From Squalus acanthias (lineage: Eukaryota), in the NCBI GenBank assembly GCA_030390025.1, contig CM059434.1:45136001-45200000 (forward strand): a stretch of 64,000 nt of DNA, in the 5' to 3' direction. The notes under the pieces are model-generated. The model saw nothing but the letters and a program-made list of their open reading frames with translations, was not told where the DNA came from and made no database searches. Position numbers and translations under genes: made by a program. This document shows, one piece after another, positions 12,222 to 24,565 of this stretch; the first letter of the stretch is position 1, and the number at the start of each line of letters is the position of its first letter.

Positions 12222-13344
12222 GAGTTTTGCTCTTGTTTCAGCAGCCTTCAGTTAAAAACGGCAGCAGCTGCTCTGCTGCACTGAGCAATACAGGTTTGAT
12301 GCTGTGCTTCATTTACTCATCTGGTGTCATTGCATGCTGCTGTGACTCTAAGTAAGAGCATCAAGACAACATCAGTGATTGCACATTTCTCGGTCAAGAC
12401 AACATTCCGAATCTATCCGGCTATACTAGCCTTCAGCGCAAGTATCAGTGCCTTGCAAAATGAGGCGTTGTGACAAGCAGCGTGTCGGTTGGCTGTCGTT
12501 CAGATTCCCGTTTGCTGCGAGGATGGCAGCACGGAAGAGCAGAGTCATTTCTGATGGATAAATGCCTCACTGACGCACAGTTCTTACTAAGTGAAGCGGC
12601 CAAGGCACACAATCAGTGAGCATTGCTGGTTTCCTCGGTCCCTGTTTTCTGCCCTGGCCTTCTCCTTCAGGTTACGTTAAGTAGCGACGACGTTGAACAA
12701 TGGGGTTTCGGTGATCTCACAATGTGGCTTGGAGATAACTTGAGTCAGTGGAATTTAGAATGTAACTTTTGCTGTGTCTCGTTCAATTGCATTTGCAGTG
12801 AGTATAATGCAGTCCGGAGCTTCCAGGGCTGCTAATGTTGGAAATGCAGCGAATAGCATAAATGAATGAATGAAAGGGTAGGAAACGAGCACAGAGTCAG
12901 ATTGAATGTGAGTGATTGCCAAACTAAATGTATGCCATTTAGTAGTGGGTCAAGTGTGGAGGAGAAGGAAATGAGGTTTGCGCTCTCTCGTGGCCGCGGC
13001 GAGCATAATTGTGTAAAGTGGAGATTTTGTCAGTGCAGTGGCTGCAGTGAGCAGCAGGGAGCAGTAAGAGTGAGTTGAATGTGACGGAGACAAAGTGTGG
13101 AATATGGTAGTTGAATGCTGTGATGATGATGGGGAGACTGTGTGCATGTGCGTGGTGGGCTGCTGAAGATTTCGGTGTTGTAAAGTGTGAGGCTTTGTTG
13201 TGGCGATGATATTGGATGTGAGAGGGGAAATGATTGCGGGTCTCAAGATTAGTGTGGTGAGAAAAGGCAGCGAGTTTGATTGCAGTGTTGGCGATGGACA
13301 CGTGTGGAGGTTTTTTGTTTGTTTGTTGTAAAGCAAAGAGTGGG

Positions 13345-13642
13345 AAAAGGATGCGTCTCACTGTATTGGCCAGGCTGCACTGCAGCCTCTATTCACAAGT
13401 GCGACCCGACTACTGAGCAGCACGGGGGCTTTGACCTGCTCCGTTTCCGACCTGGGCCGGTTCACCCCGCTTTATCCGACCTGGTGAGCCCAGGCTATCC
13501 TAGGACCACCATGTGGATACTGGTCTTAGTGCGGACACCCGATCGGCACAGAAGACAGCAGTCCAGAACTCCTGACCTCAAGCAATCCTGCAGCCTCAGC
13601 CTCCCAGCAGCGGGATCACAGGTACGCGCCACCGCACCCGGC
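13345..13642 (-). ncRNA. RN7SL: 7SL / SRP RNA gene, copy 10
   Basis: Same sequence as copy 1. Confidence 0.97.
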
Positions 13643-14765
13643 GAGTTTTGCTCTTGTTTCAGCAGCCTTCAGTTAAAAACGGCAGCAGCTGCTCTGCTGC
13701 ACTGAGCAATACAGGTTTGATGCTGTGCTTCATTTACTCATCTGGTGTCATTGCATGCTGCTGTGACTCTAAGTAAGAGCATCAAGACAACATCAGTGAT
13801 TGCACATTTCTCGGTCAAGACAACATTCCGAATCTATCCGGCTATACTAGCCTTCAGCGCAAGTATCAGTGCCTTGCAAAATGAGGCGTTGTGACAAGCA
13901 GCGTGTCGGTTGGCTGTCGTTCAGATTCCCGTTTGCTGCGAGGATGGCAGCACGGAAGAGCAGAGTCATTTCTGATGGATAAATGCCTCACTGACGCACA
14001 GTTCTTACTAAGTGAAGCGGCCAAGGCACACAATCAGTGAGCATTGCTGGTTTCCTCGGTCCCTGTTTTCTGCCCTGGCCTTCTCCTTCAGGTTACGTTA
14101 AGTAGCGACGACGTTGAACAATGGGGTTTCGGTGATCTCACAATGTGGCTTGGAGATAACTTGAGTCAGTGGAATTTAGAATGAAACTTTTGCTGTGTCT
14201 CGTTCAATTGCATTTGCAGTGAGTATAATGCAGTCCGGAGCTTCCAGGGCTGCTAATGTTGGAAATGCAGCGAATAGCATAAATGAATGAATGAAAGGGT
14301 AGGAAACGAGCACAGAGTCAGATTGAATGTGAGTGATTGCCAAACTAAATGTATGCCATTTAGTAGTGGGTCAAGTGTGGAGGAGAATGAAATGAGGTTT
14401 GCGCTCTCTCGTGGCCGCGGCGAGCATAATTGTGTAAAGTGGAGATTTTGTCAGTGCAGTGGCTGCAGTGAGCAGCAGGGAGCAGTAAGAGTGAGTTGAA
14501 TGTGACGGAGACAAAGTGTGGAATATGGTAGTTGAATGCTGTGATGATGATGGGGAGACTGTGTGCATGTGCGTGGTGGGCTGCTGAAGATTTCGGTGTT
14601 GTAAAGTGTGAGGCTTTGTTGTGGCGATGATATTGGATGTGAGAGGGGAAATGATTGCGGGTCTCAAGATTAGTGTGGTGAGAAAAGGCAGCGAGTTTGA
14701 TTGCAGTGTTGGCGATGGACACGTGTGGAGGTTTTTTGTTTGTTTGTTGTAAAGCAAAGAGTGGG

Positions 14766-15063
14766 AAAAGGATGCGTCTCACTGTATTGGCCAGGCTGCA
14801 CTGCAGCCTCTATTCACAAGTGCGACCCGACTACTGAGCAGCACGGGGGCTTTGACCTGCTCCGTTTCCGACCTGGGCCGGTTCACCCCGCTTTATCCGA
14901 CCTGGTGAGCCCAGGCTATCCTAGGACCACCATGTGGATACTGGTCTTAGTGCGGACACCCGATCGGCACAGAAGACAGCAGTCCAGAACTCCTGACCTC
15001 AAGCAATCCTGCAGCCTCAGCCTCCCAGCAGCGGGATCACAGGTACGCGCCACCGCACCCGGC
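14766..15063 (-). ncRNA. RN7SL: 7SL / SRP RNA gene, copy 11
   Basis: Same sequence as copy 1. Confidence 0.97.
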
Positions 15064-16186
15064 GAGTTTTGCTCTTGTTTCAGCAGCCTTCAGTTAAAAA
15101 CGGCAGCAGCTGCTCTGCTGCACTGAGCAATACAGGTTTGATGCTGTGCTTCATTTACTCATCTGGTGTCATTGCATGCTGCTGTGACTCTAAGTAAGAG
15201 CATCAAGACAATATCAGTGATTGCACATTTCTCGGTCAAGACAACATTCCGAATCTATCCGGCTATACTAGCCTTCAGCGCAAGTATCAGTGCCTTGCAA
15301 AATGAGGCGTTGTGACAAGCAGCGTGTCGGTTGGCTGTCGTTCAGATTCCCGTTTGCTGCGAGGATGGCAGCACGGAAGAGCAGAGTCATTTCTGATGGA
15401 TAAATGCCTCACTGACGCACAGTTCTTACTAAGTGAAGCGGCCAAGGCACACAATCAGTGAGCATTGCTGGTTTCCTCGGTCCCTGTTTTCTGCCCTGGC
15501 CTTCTCCTTCAGGTTACGTTAAGTAGCGACGACGTTGAACAATGGGGTTTCGGTGATCTCACAATGTGGCTTGGAGATAACTTGAGTCAGTGGAATTTAG
15601 AATGTAACTTTTGCTGTGTCTCGTTCAATTGCATTTGCAGTGAGTATAATGCAGTCCGGAGCTTCCAGGGCTGCTAATGTTGGAAATGCAGCGAATAGCA
15701 TAAATGAATGAATGAAAGGGTAGGAAACGAGCACAGAGTCAGATTGAATGTGAGTGATTGCCAAACTAAATGTATGCCATTTAGTAGTGGGTCAAGTGTG
15801 GAGGAGAATGAAATGAGGTTTGCGCTCTCTCGTGGCCGCGGCGAGCATAATTGTGTAAAGTGGAGATTTTGTCAGTGCAGTGGCTGCAGTGAGCAGCAGG
15901 GAGCAGTAAGAGTGAGTTGAATGTGACGGAGACAAAGTGTGGAATATGGTAGTTGAATGCTGTGATGATGATGGGGAGACTGTGTGCATGTGCGTGGTGG
16001 GCTGCTGAAGATTTCGGTGTTGTAAAGTGTGAGGCTTTGTTGTGGCGATGATATTGGATGTGAGAGGGGAAATGATTGCGGGTCTCAAGATTAGTGTGGT
16101 GAGAAAAGGCAGCGAGTTTGATTGCAGTGTTGGCGATGGACACGTGTGGAGGTTTTTTGTTTGTTTGTTGTAAAGCAAAGAGTGGG

Positions 16187-16484
16187 AAAAGGATGCGTCT
16201 CACTGTATTGGCCAGGCTGCACTGCAGCCTCTATTCACAAGTGCGACCCGACTACTGAGCAGCACGGGGGCTTTGACCTGCTCCGTTTCCGACCTGGGCC
16301 GGTTCACCCCGCTTTATCCGACCTGGTGAGCCCAGGCTATCCTAGGACCACCATGTGGATACTGGTCTTAGTGCGGACACCCGATCGGCACAGAAGACAG
16401 CAGTCCAGAACTCCTGACCTCAAGCAATCCTGCAGCCTCAGCCTCCCAGCAGCGGGATCACAGGTACGCGCCACCGCACCCGGC
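16187..16484 (-). ncRNA. RN7SL: 7SL / SRP RNA gene, copy 12
   Basis: Same sequence as copy 1. Confidence 0.97.
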
Positions 16485-17607
16485 GAGTTTTGCTCTTGTT
16501 TCAGCAGCCTTCAGTTAAAAACGGCAGCAGCTGCTCTGCTGCACTGAGCAATACAGGTTTGATGCTGTGCTTCATTTACTCATCTGGTGTCATTGCATGC
16601 TGCTGTGACTCTAAGTAAGAGCATCAAGACAACATCAGTGATTGCACATTTCTCGGTCAAGACAACATTCCGAATCTATCCGGCTATACTAGCCTTCAGC
16701 GCAAGTATCAGTGCCTTGCAAAATGAGGCGTTGTGACAAGCAGCGTGTCGGTTGGCTGTCGTTCAGATTCCCGTTTGCTGCGAGGATGGCAGCACGGAAG
16801 AGCAGAGTCATTTCTGATGGATAAATGCCTCACTGACGCACAGTTCTTACTAAGTGAAGCGGCCAAGGCACACAATCAGTGAGCATTGCTGGTTTCCTCG
16901 GTCCCTGTTTTCTGCCCTGGCCTTCTCCTTCAGGTTACGTTAAGTAGCGACGACGTTGAACAATGGGGTTTCGGTGATCTCACAATGTGGCTTGGAGATA
17001 ACTTGAGTCAGTGGAATTTAGAATGTAACTTTTGCTGTGTCTCGTTCAATTGCATTTGCAGTGAGTATAATGCAGTCCGGAGCTTCCAGGGCTGCTAATG
17101 TTGGAAATGCAGCGAATAGCATAAATGAATGAATGAAAGGGTAGGAAAAGAGCACAGAGTCAGATTGAATGTGAGTGATTGCCAAACTAAATGTATGCCA
17201 TTTAGTAGTGGGTCAAGTGTGGAGGAGAATGAAATGAGGTTTGCGCTCTCTCGTGGCCGCGGCGAGCATAATTGTGTAAAGTGGAGATTTTGTCAGTGCA
17301 GTGGCTGCAGTGAGCAGCAGGGAGCAGTAAGAGTGAGTTGAATGTGACGGAGACAAAGTGTGGAATATGGTAGTTGAATGCTGTGATGATGATGGGGAGA
17401 CTGTGTGCATGTGCGTGGTGGGCTGCTGAAGATTTCGGTGTTGTAAAGTGTGAGGCTTTGTTGTGGCGATGATATTGGATGTGAGAGGGGAAATGATTGC
17501 GGGTCTCAAGATTAGTGTGGTGAGAAAAGGCAGCGAGTTTGATTGCAGTGTTGGCGATGGACACGTGTGGAGGTTTTTTGTTTGTTTGTTGTAAAGCAAA
17601 GAGTGGG

Positions 17608-17905
17608 AAAAGGATGCGTCTCACTGTATTGGCCAGGCTGCACTGCAGCCTCTATTCACAAGTGCGACCCGACTACTGAGCAGCACGGGGGCTTTGACCT
17701 GCTCCGTTTCCGACCTGGGCCGGTTCACCCCGCTTTATCCGACCTGGTGAGCCCAGGCTATCCTAGGACCACCATGTGGATACTGGTCTTAGTGCGGACA
17801 CCCGATCGGCACAGAAGACAGCAGTCCAGAACTCCTGACCTCAAGCAATCCTGCAGCCTCAGCCTCCCAGCAGCGGGATCACAGGTACGCGCCACCGCAC
17901 CCGGC
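17608..17905 (-). ncRNA. RN7SL: 7SL / SRP RNA gene, copy 13
   Basis: Same sequence as copy 1. Confidence 0.97.
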
Positions 17906-19028
17906 GAGTTTTGCTCTTGTTTCAGCAGCCTTCAGTTAAAAACGGCAGCAGCTGCTCTGCTGCACTGAGCAATACAGGTTTGATGCTGTGCTTCATTTAC
18001 TCATCTGGTGTCATTGCATGCTGCTGTGACTCTAAGTAAGAGCATCAAGACAACATCAGTGATTGCACATTTCTCGGTCAAGACAACATTCCGAATCTAT
18101 CCGGCTATACTAGCCTTCAGCGCAAGTATCAGTGCCTTGCAAAATGAGGCGTTGTGACAAGCAGCGTGTCGGTTGGCTGTCGTTCAGATTCCCGTTTGCT
18201 GCGAGGATGGCAGCACGGAAGAGCAGAGTCATTTCTGATGGATAAATGCCTCACTGACGCACAGTTCTTACTAAGTGAAGCGGCCAAGGCACACAATCAG
18301 TGAGCATTGCTGGTTTCCTCGGTCCCTGTTTTCTGCCCTGGCCTTCTCCTTCAGGTTACGTTAAGTAGCGACGACGTTGAACAATGGGGTTTCGGTGATC
18401 TCACAATGTGGCTTGGAGATAACTTGAGTCAGTGGAATTTAGAATGAAACTTTTGCTGTGTCTCGTTCAATTGCATTTGCAGTGAGTATAATGCAGTCCG
18501 GAGCTTCCAGGGCTGCTAATGTTGGAAATGCAGCGAATAGCATAAATGAATGAATGAAAGGGTAGGAAACGAGCACAGAGTCAGATTGAATGTGAGTGAT
18601 TGCCAAACTAAATGTATGCCATTTAGTAGTGGGTCAAGTGTGGAGGAGAATGAAATGAGGTTTGCGCTCTCTCGTGGCCGCGGCGAGCATAATTGTGTAA
18701 AGTGGAGATTTTGTCAGTGCAGTGGCTGCAGTGAGCAGCAGGGAGCAGTAAGAGTGAGTTGAATGTGACGGAGACAAAGTGTGGAATATGGTAGTTGAAT
18801 GCTGTGATGATGATGGGGAGACTGTGTGCATGTGCGTGGTGGGCTGCTGAAGATTTCGGTGTTGTAAAGTGTGAGGCTTTGTTGTGGCGATGATATTGGA
18901 TGTGAGAGGGGAAATGATTGCGGGTCTCAAGATTAGTGTGGTGAGAAAAGGCAGCGAGTTTGATTGCAGTGTTGGCGATGGACACGTGTGGAGGTTTTTT
19001 GTTTGTTTGTTGTAAAGCAAAGAGTGGG

Positions 19029-19326
19029 AAAAGGATGCGTCTCACTGTATTGGCCAGGCTGCACTGCAGCCTCTATTCACAAGTGCGACCCGACTACTGA
19101 GCAGCACGGGGGCTTTGACCTGCTCCGTTTCCGACCTGGGCCGGTTCACCCCGCTTTATCCGACCTGGTGAGCCCAGGCTATCCTAGGACCACCATGTGG
19201 ATACTGGTCTTAGTGCGGACACCCGATCGGCACAGAAGACAGCAGTCCAGAACTCCTGACCTCAAGCAATCCTGCAGCCTCAGCCTCCCAGCAGCGGGAT
19301 CACAGGTACGCGCCACCGCACCCGGC
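19029..19326 (-). ncRNA. RN7SL: 7SL / SRP RNA gene, copy 14
   Basis: Same sequence as copy 1. Confidence 0.97.
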
Positions 19327-20449
19327 GAGTTTTGCTCTTGTTTCAGCAGCCTTCAGTTAAAAACGGCAGCAGCTGCTCTGCTGCACTGAGCAATACAGGT
19401 TTGATGCTGTGCTTCATTTACTCATCTGGTGTCATTGCATGCTGCTGTGACTCTAAGTAAGAGCATCAAGACAACATCAGTGATTGCACATTTCTCGGTC
19501 AAGACAACATTCCGAATCTATCCGGCTATACTAGCCTTCAGCGCAAGTATCAGTGCCTTGCAAAATGAGGCGTTGTGACAAGCAGCGTGTCGGTTGGCTG
19601 TCGTTCAGATTCCCGTTTGCTGCGAGGATGGCAGCACGGAAGAGCAGAGTCATTTCTGATGGATAAATGCCTCACTGACGCACAGTTCTTACTAAGTGAA
19701 GCGGCCAAGGCACACAATCAGTGAGCATTGCTGGTTTCCTCGGTCCCTGTTTTCTGCCCTGGCCTTCTCCTTCAGGTTACGTTAAGTAGCGACGACGTTG
19801 AACAATGGGGTTTCGGTGATCTCACAATGTGGCTTGGAGATAACTTGAGTCAGTGGAATTTAGAATGAAACTTTTGCTGTGTCTCGTTCAATTGCATTTG
19901 CAGTGAGTATAATGCAGTCCGGAGCTTCCAGGGCTGCTAATGTTGGAAATGCAGCGAATAGCATAAATGAATGAATGAAAGGGTAGGAAACGAGCACAGA
20001 GTCAGATTGAATGTGAGTGATTGCCAAACTAAATGTATGCCATTTAGTAGTGGGTCAAGTGTGGAGGAGAATGAAATGAGGTTTGCGCTCTCTCGTGGCC
20101 GCGGCGAGCATAATTGTGTAAAGTGGAGATTTTGTCAGTGCAGTGGCTGCAGTGAGCAGCAGGGAGCAGTAAGAGTGAGTTGAATGTGACGGAGACAAAG
20201 TGTGGAATATGGTAGTTGAATGCTGTGATGATGATGGGGAGACTGTGTGCATGTGCGTGGTGGGCTGCTGAAGATTTCGGTGTTGTAAAGTGTGAGGCTT
20301 TGTTGTGGCGATGATATTGGATGTGAGAGGGGAAATGATTGCGGGTCTCAAGATTAGTGTGGTGAGAAAAGGCAGCGAGTTTGATTGCAGTGTTGGCGAT
20401 GGACACGTGTGGAGGTTTTTTGTTTGTTTGTTGTAAAGCAAAGAGTGGG

Positions 20450-20747
20450 AAAAGGATGCGTCTCACTGTATTGGCCAGGCTGCACTGCAGCCTCTATTCA
20501 CAAGTGCGACCCGACTACTGAGCAGCACGGGGGCTTTGACCTGCTCCGTTTCCGACCTGGGCCGGTTCACCCCGCTTTATCCGACCTGGTGAGCCCAGGC
20601 TATCCTAGGACCACCATGTGGATACTGGTCTTAGTGCGGACACCCGATCGGCACAGAAGACAGCAGTCCAGAACTCCTGACCTCAAGCAATCCTGCAGCC
20701 TCAGCCTCCCAGCAGCGGGATCACAGGTACGCGCCACCGCACCCGGC
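20450..20747 (-). ncRNA. RN7SL: 7SL / SRP RNA gene, copy 15
   Basis: Same sequence as copy 1. Confidence 0.97.
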
Positions 20748-21869
20748 GAGTTTTGCTCTTGTTTCAGCAGCCTTCAGTTAAAAACGGCAGCAGCTGCTCT
20801 GCTGCACTGAGCAATACAGGTTTGATGCTGTGCTTCATTTACTCATCTGGTGTCATTGCATGCTGCTGTGACTCTAAGTAAGAGCATCAAGACAACATCA
20901 GTGATTGCACATTTCTCGGTCAAGACAACATTCCGAATCTATCCGGCTATACTAGCCTTCAGCGCAAGTATCAGTGCCTTGCAAAATGAGGCGTTGTGAC
21001 AAGCAGCGTGTCGGTTGGCTGTCGTTCAGATTCCCGTTTGCTGCGAGGATGGCAGCACGGAAGAGCAGAGTCATTTCTGATGGATAAATGCCTCACTGAC
21101 GCACAGTTCTTACTAAGTGAAGCGGCCAAGGCACACAATCAGTGAGCATTGCTGGTTTCCTCGGTCCCTGTTTTCTGCCCTGGCCTTCTCCTTCAGGTTA
21201 CGTTAAGTAGCGACGACGTTGAACAATGGGGTTTCGGTGATCTCACAATGTGGCTTGGAGATAACTTGAGTCAGTGGAATTTAGAATGAAACTTTTGCTG
21301 TGTCTCGTTCAATTGCATTTGCAGTGAGTATAATGCAGTCCGGAGCTTCCAGGGCTGCTAATGTTGGAAATGCAGCGAATAGCATAAATGAATGAATGAA
21401 AGGGTAGGAAACGAGCACAGAGTCAGATTGAATGTGAGTGATTGCCAAACTAAATGTATGCCATTTAGTAGTGGGTCAAGTGTGGAGGAGAATGAAATGA
21501 GGTTTGCGCTCTCTCGTGGCCGCGGCGAGCATAATTGTGTAAAGTGGAGATTTTGTCAGTGCAGTGGCTGCAGTGAGCAGCAGGGAGCAGTAAGAGTGAG
21601 TTGAATGTGACGGAGACAAAGTGTGGAATATGGTAGTTGAATGCTGTGATGATGATGGGGAGACTGTGTGCATGTGCGTGGTGGGCTGCTGAGATTTCGG
21701 TGTTGTAAAGTGTGAGGCTTTGTTGTGGCGATGATATTGGATGTGAGAGGGGAAATGATTGCGGGTCTCAAGATTAGTGTGGTGAGAAAAGGCAGCGAGT
21801 TTGATTGCAGTGTTGGCGATGGACACGTGTGGAGGTTTTTTGTTTGTTTGTTGTAAAGCAAAGAGTGGG

Positions 21870-22167
21870 AAAAGGATGCGTCTCACTGTATTGGCCAGGC
21901 TGCACTGCAGCCTCTATTCACAAGTGCGACCCGACTACTGAGCAGCACGGGGGCTTTGACCTGCTCCGTTTCCGACCTGGGCCGGTTCACCCCGCTTTAT
22001 CCGACCTGGTGAGCCCAGGCTATCCTAGGACCACCATGTGGATACTGGTCTTAGTGCGGACACCCGATCGGCACAGAAGACAGCAGTCCAGAACTCCTGA
22101 CCTCAAGCAATCCTGCAGCCTCAGCCTCCCAGCAGCGGGATCACAGGTACGCGCCACCGCACCCGGC
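21870..22167 (-). ncRNA. RN7SL: 7SL / SRP RNA gene, copy 16
   Basis: Same sequence as copy 1; register shifted by a 1-bp spacer deletion near 21692. Confidence 0.97.
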
Positions 22168-23288
22168 GAGTTTTGCTCTTGTTTCAGCAGCCTTCAGTTA
22201 AAAACGGCAGCAGCTGCTCTGCTGCACTGAGCAATACAGGTTTGATGCTGTGCTTCATTTACTCATCTGGTGTCATTGCATGCTGCTGTGACTCTAAGTA
22301 AGAGCATCAAGACAACATCAGTGATTGCACATTTCTCGGTCAAGACAACATTCCGAATCTATCCGGCTATACTAGCCTTCAGCGCAAGTATCAGTGCCTT
22401 GCAAAATGAGGCGCTGTGACAAGCAGCGTGTCGGTTGGCTGTCGTTCAGATTCCCGTTTGCTGCGAGGATGGCAGCACGGAAGAGCAGAGTCATTTCTGA
22501 TGGAAAAATGCCTCACTGACGCACAGTTCTTACTAAGTGAAGCGGCCAAGGCACAATCAGTGAGCATTGCTGGTTTCCTCGGTCCCTGTTTTCTGCCCTG
22601 GCCTTCTCCTTCAGGTTACGTTAAGTAGCGACGACGTTGAACAATGGGGTTTCGGTGATCTCACAATGTGGCTTGGAGATAACTTGAGTCAGTGGAATTT
22701 AGAATGAAACTTTTGCTGTGTCTCGTTCAATTGCATTTGCAGTGAGTATAATGCAGTCCGGAGCTTCCAGGGCTGCTAATGTTGGAAATGCAGCGAATAG
22801 CATAAATGAATGAATGAAAGGGTAGGAAACGAGCACAGAGTCAGATTGAATGTGAGTGATTGCCAAACTAAATGTATGCCATTTAGTAGTGGGTCAAGTG
22901 TGGAGGAGAAGGAAATGAGGTTTGCGCTCTCTCGTGGCCGCGGCGAGCATAATTGTGTAAAGTGGAGATTTTGTCAGTGCAGTGGCTGCAGTGAGCAGCA
23001 GGGAGCAGTAAGAGTGAGTTGAATGTGACGGAGACAAAGTGTGGAATATGGTAGTTGAATGCTGTGATGATGATGGGGAGACTGTGTGCATGTGCGTGGT
23101 GGGCTGCTGAAGATTTCGGTGTTGTAAAGTGTGAGGCTTTGTTGTGGCGATGATATTGGATGTGAGAGGGGAAATGATTGCGGGTCTCAAGATTAGTGTG
23201 GTGAGAAAAGGCAGCGAGTTTGATTGCAGTGTTGGCGATGGACACGTGTGGAGGTTTTTTGTTTGTTTGTTGTAAAGCAAAGAGTGGG

Positions 23289-23586
23289 AAAAGGATGCGT
23301 CTCACTGTATTGGCCAGGCTGCACTGCAGCCTCTATTCACAAGTGCGACCCGACTACTGAGCAGCACGGGGGCTTTGACCTGCTCCGTTTCCGACCTGGG
23401 CCGGTTCACCCCGCTTTATCCGACCTGGTGAGCCCAGGCTATCCTAGGACCACCATGTGGATACTGGTCTTAGTGCGGACACCCGATCGGCACAGAAGAC
23501 AGCAGTCCAGAACTCCTGACCTCAAGCAATCCTGCAGCCTCAGCCTCCCAGCAGCGGGATCACAGGTACGCGCCACCGCACCCGGC
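23289..23586 (-). ncRNA. RN7SL: 7SL / SRP RNA gene, copy 17 (array-terminal, most upstream)
   Basis: Same sequence as copy 1; register shifted by a further 2-bp spacer deletion near 22552. Confidence 0.97.
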
Positions 23587-24480
23587 GAGTTTTGCTCTTG
23601 TTTCAGCAGCCTTCAGTTAAAAACGGCAGCAGCTGCTCTGCTGCACTGAGCAATACAGGTTTGATGCTGTGCTTCATTTACTCATCTGGTGTCATTGCAT
23701 GCTGCTGTGACTCTAAGTAAGAGCATCAAGACAACATCAGTGATTGCACATTTCTCGGTCAAGACAACATTCCGAATCTATCCGGCTATACTAGCCTTCA
23801 GCGCAAGTATCAGTGCCTTGCAAAATGAGGCGCTGTGACAAGCAGCGTGTCGGTTGGCTGTCGTTCAGATTCCCGTTTGCTGCGAGGATGGCAGCACGGA
23901 AGAGCAGAGTCATTTCTGATGGAAAAATGCCTCACTGACGCACAGTTCTTACTAAGTGAAGCGGCCAAGGCACAATCAGTGAGCATTGCTGGTTTCCTCG
24001 GTCCCTGTTTTCTGCCCTGGCCTTCTCCTTCAGGTTACGTTAAGTAGCGACGACGTTGAACAATGGGGTTTCGGTGATCTCACAATGTGGCTTGGAGATA
24101 ACTTGAGTCAGTGGAATTTAGAATGAAACTTTTGCTGTGTCTCGTTCAATTGCATTTGCAGTGAGTATAATGCAGTCCGGAGCTTCCAGGGCTGCTAATG
24201 TTGGAAATGCAGCGAATAGCATAAATGAATGAATGAAAGGGTAGGAAACGAGCACAGAGTCAGATTGAATGTGAGTGATTGCCAAACTAAATGTATGCCA
24301 TTTAGTAGTGGGTCAAGTGTGGAGGAGAAGGAAATGAGGTTTGCGCTCTCTGGTGAGAGCAGGGGAAGTCGTTACGGTAGCTCGAGCCTGCTCCGACTGT
24401 CGCCCTCGTAGGTGGACCGCTCACTCTGACTCCCAGGCCTCTGCTGCACGCTGCCTTAATTGCCGGTCTCCGACTCCGTG

Positions 24481-24530
24481 CCTCCCGCCCGTCCCCTCAC
24501 TTCGACTGTACTGCTGCCCTGTGACGTCAC
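24481..24530. promoter_or_regulatory. GC box plus perfect palindromic CRE/ATF site in CpG-rich array flank
   Basis: CCTCCCGCCC at 24481-24490; GTGACGTCAC at 24521-24530. Confidence 0.4.
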
Positions 24531-24565
24531 ACATTTTTTTTGGAAATCTTGTGAGGTCCCACTGT

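Larger units (their letters stand above)
1..24351. repeat. Head-to-tail tandem array of a 1421-bp unit, each with one 7SL RNA gene (17 full units + 199-bp partial; open at left edge)
   Basis: Sequence and ORF track recur with an exact 1421-bp period (77, 1498, 2919...). Units 16 and 17 are 1418 and 1419 bp because of small deletions. Similarity to the unit stops after TTGCGCTCTCT at 24351. Confidence 0.99.

Noticed and set aside
1-24351. CRISPR array or simple satellite
   Set aside because: Eukaryotic context, 1.4-kb units with no unique spacers, and each unit holds a structured Pol III gene
77-24411. Recurrent 70-141 aa ORFs in every array unit
   Set aside because: No recognisable domains, several have non-ATG starts, and the 141-aa ORF is simply antisense to 7SL. 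Spacer indels and SNPs break the others freely, so their recurrence only reflects the repeat.
24352-24440. Possible vault or other small RNA at the array junction
   Set aside because: No convincing A/B boxes or oligo-T terminator on either strand
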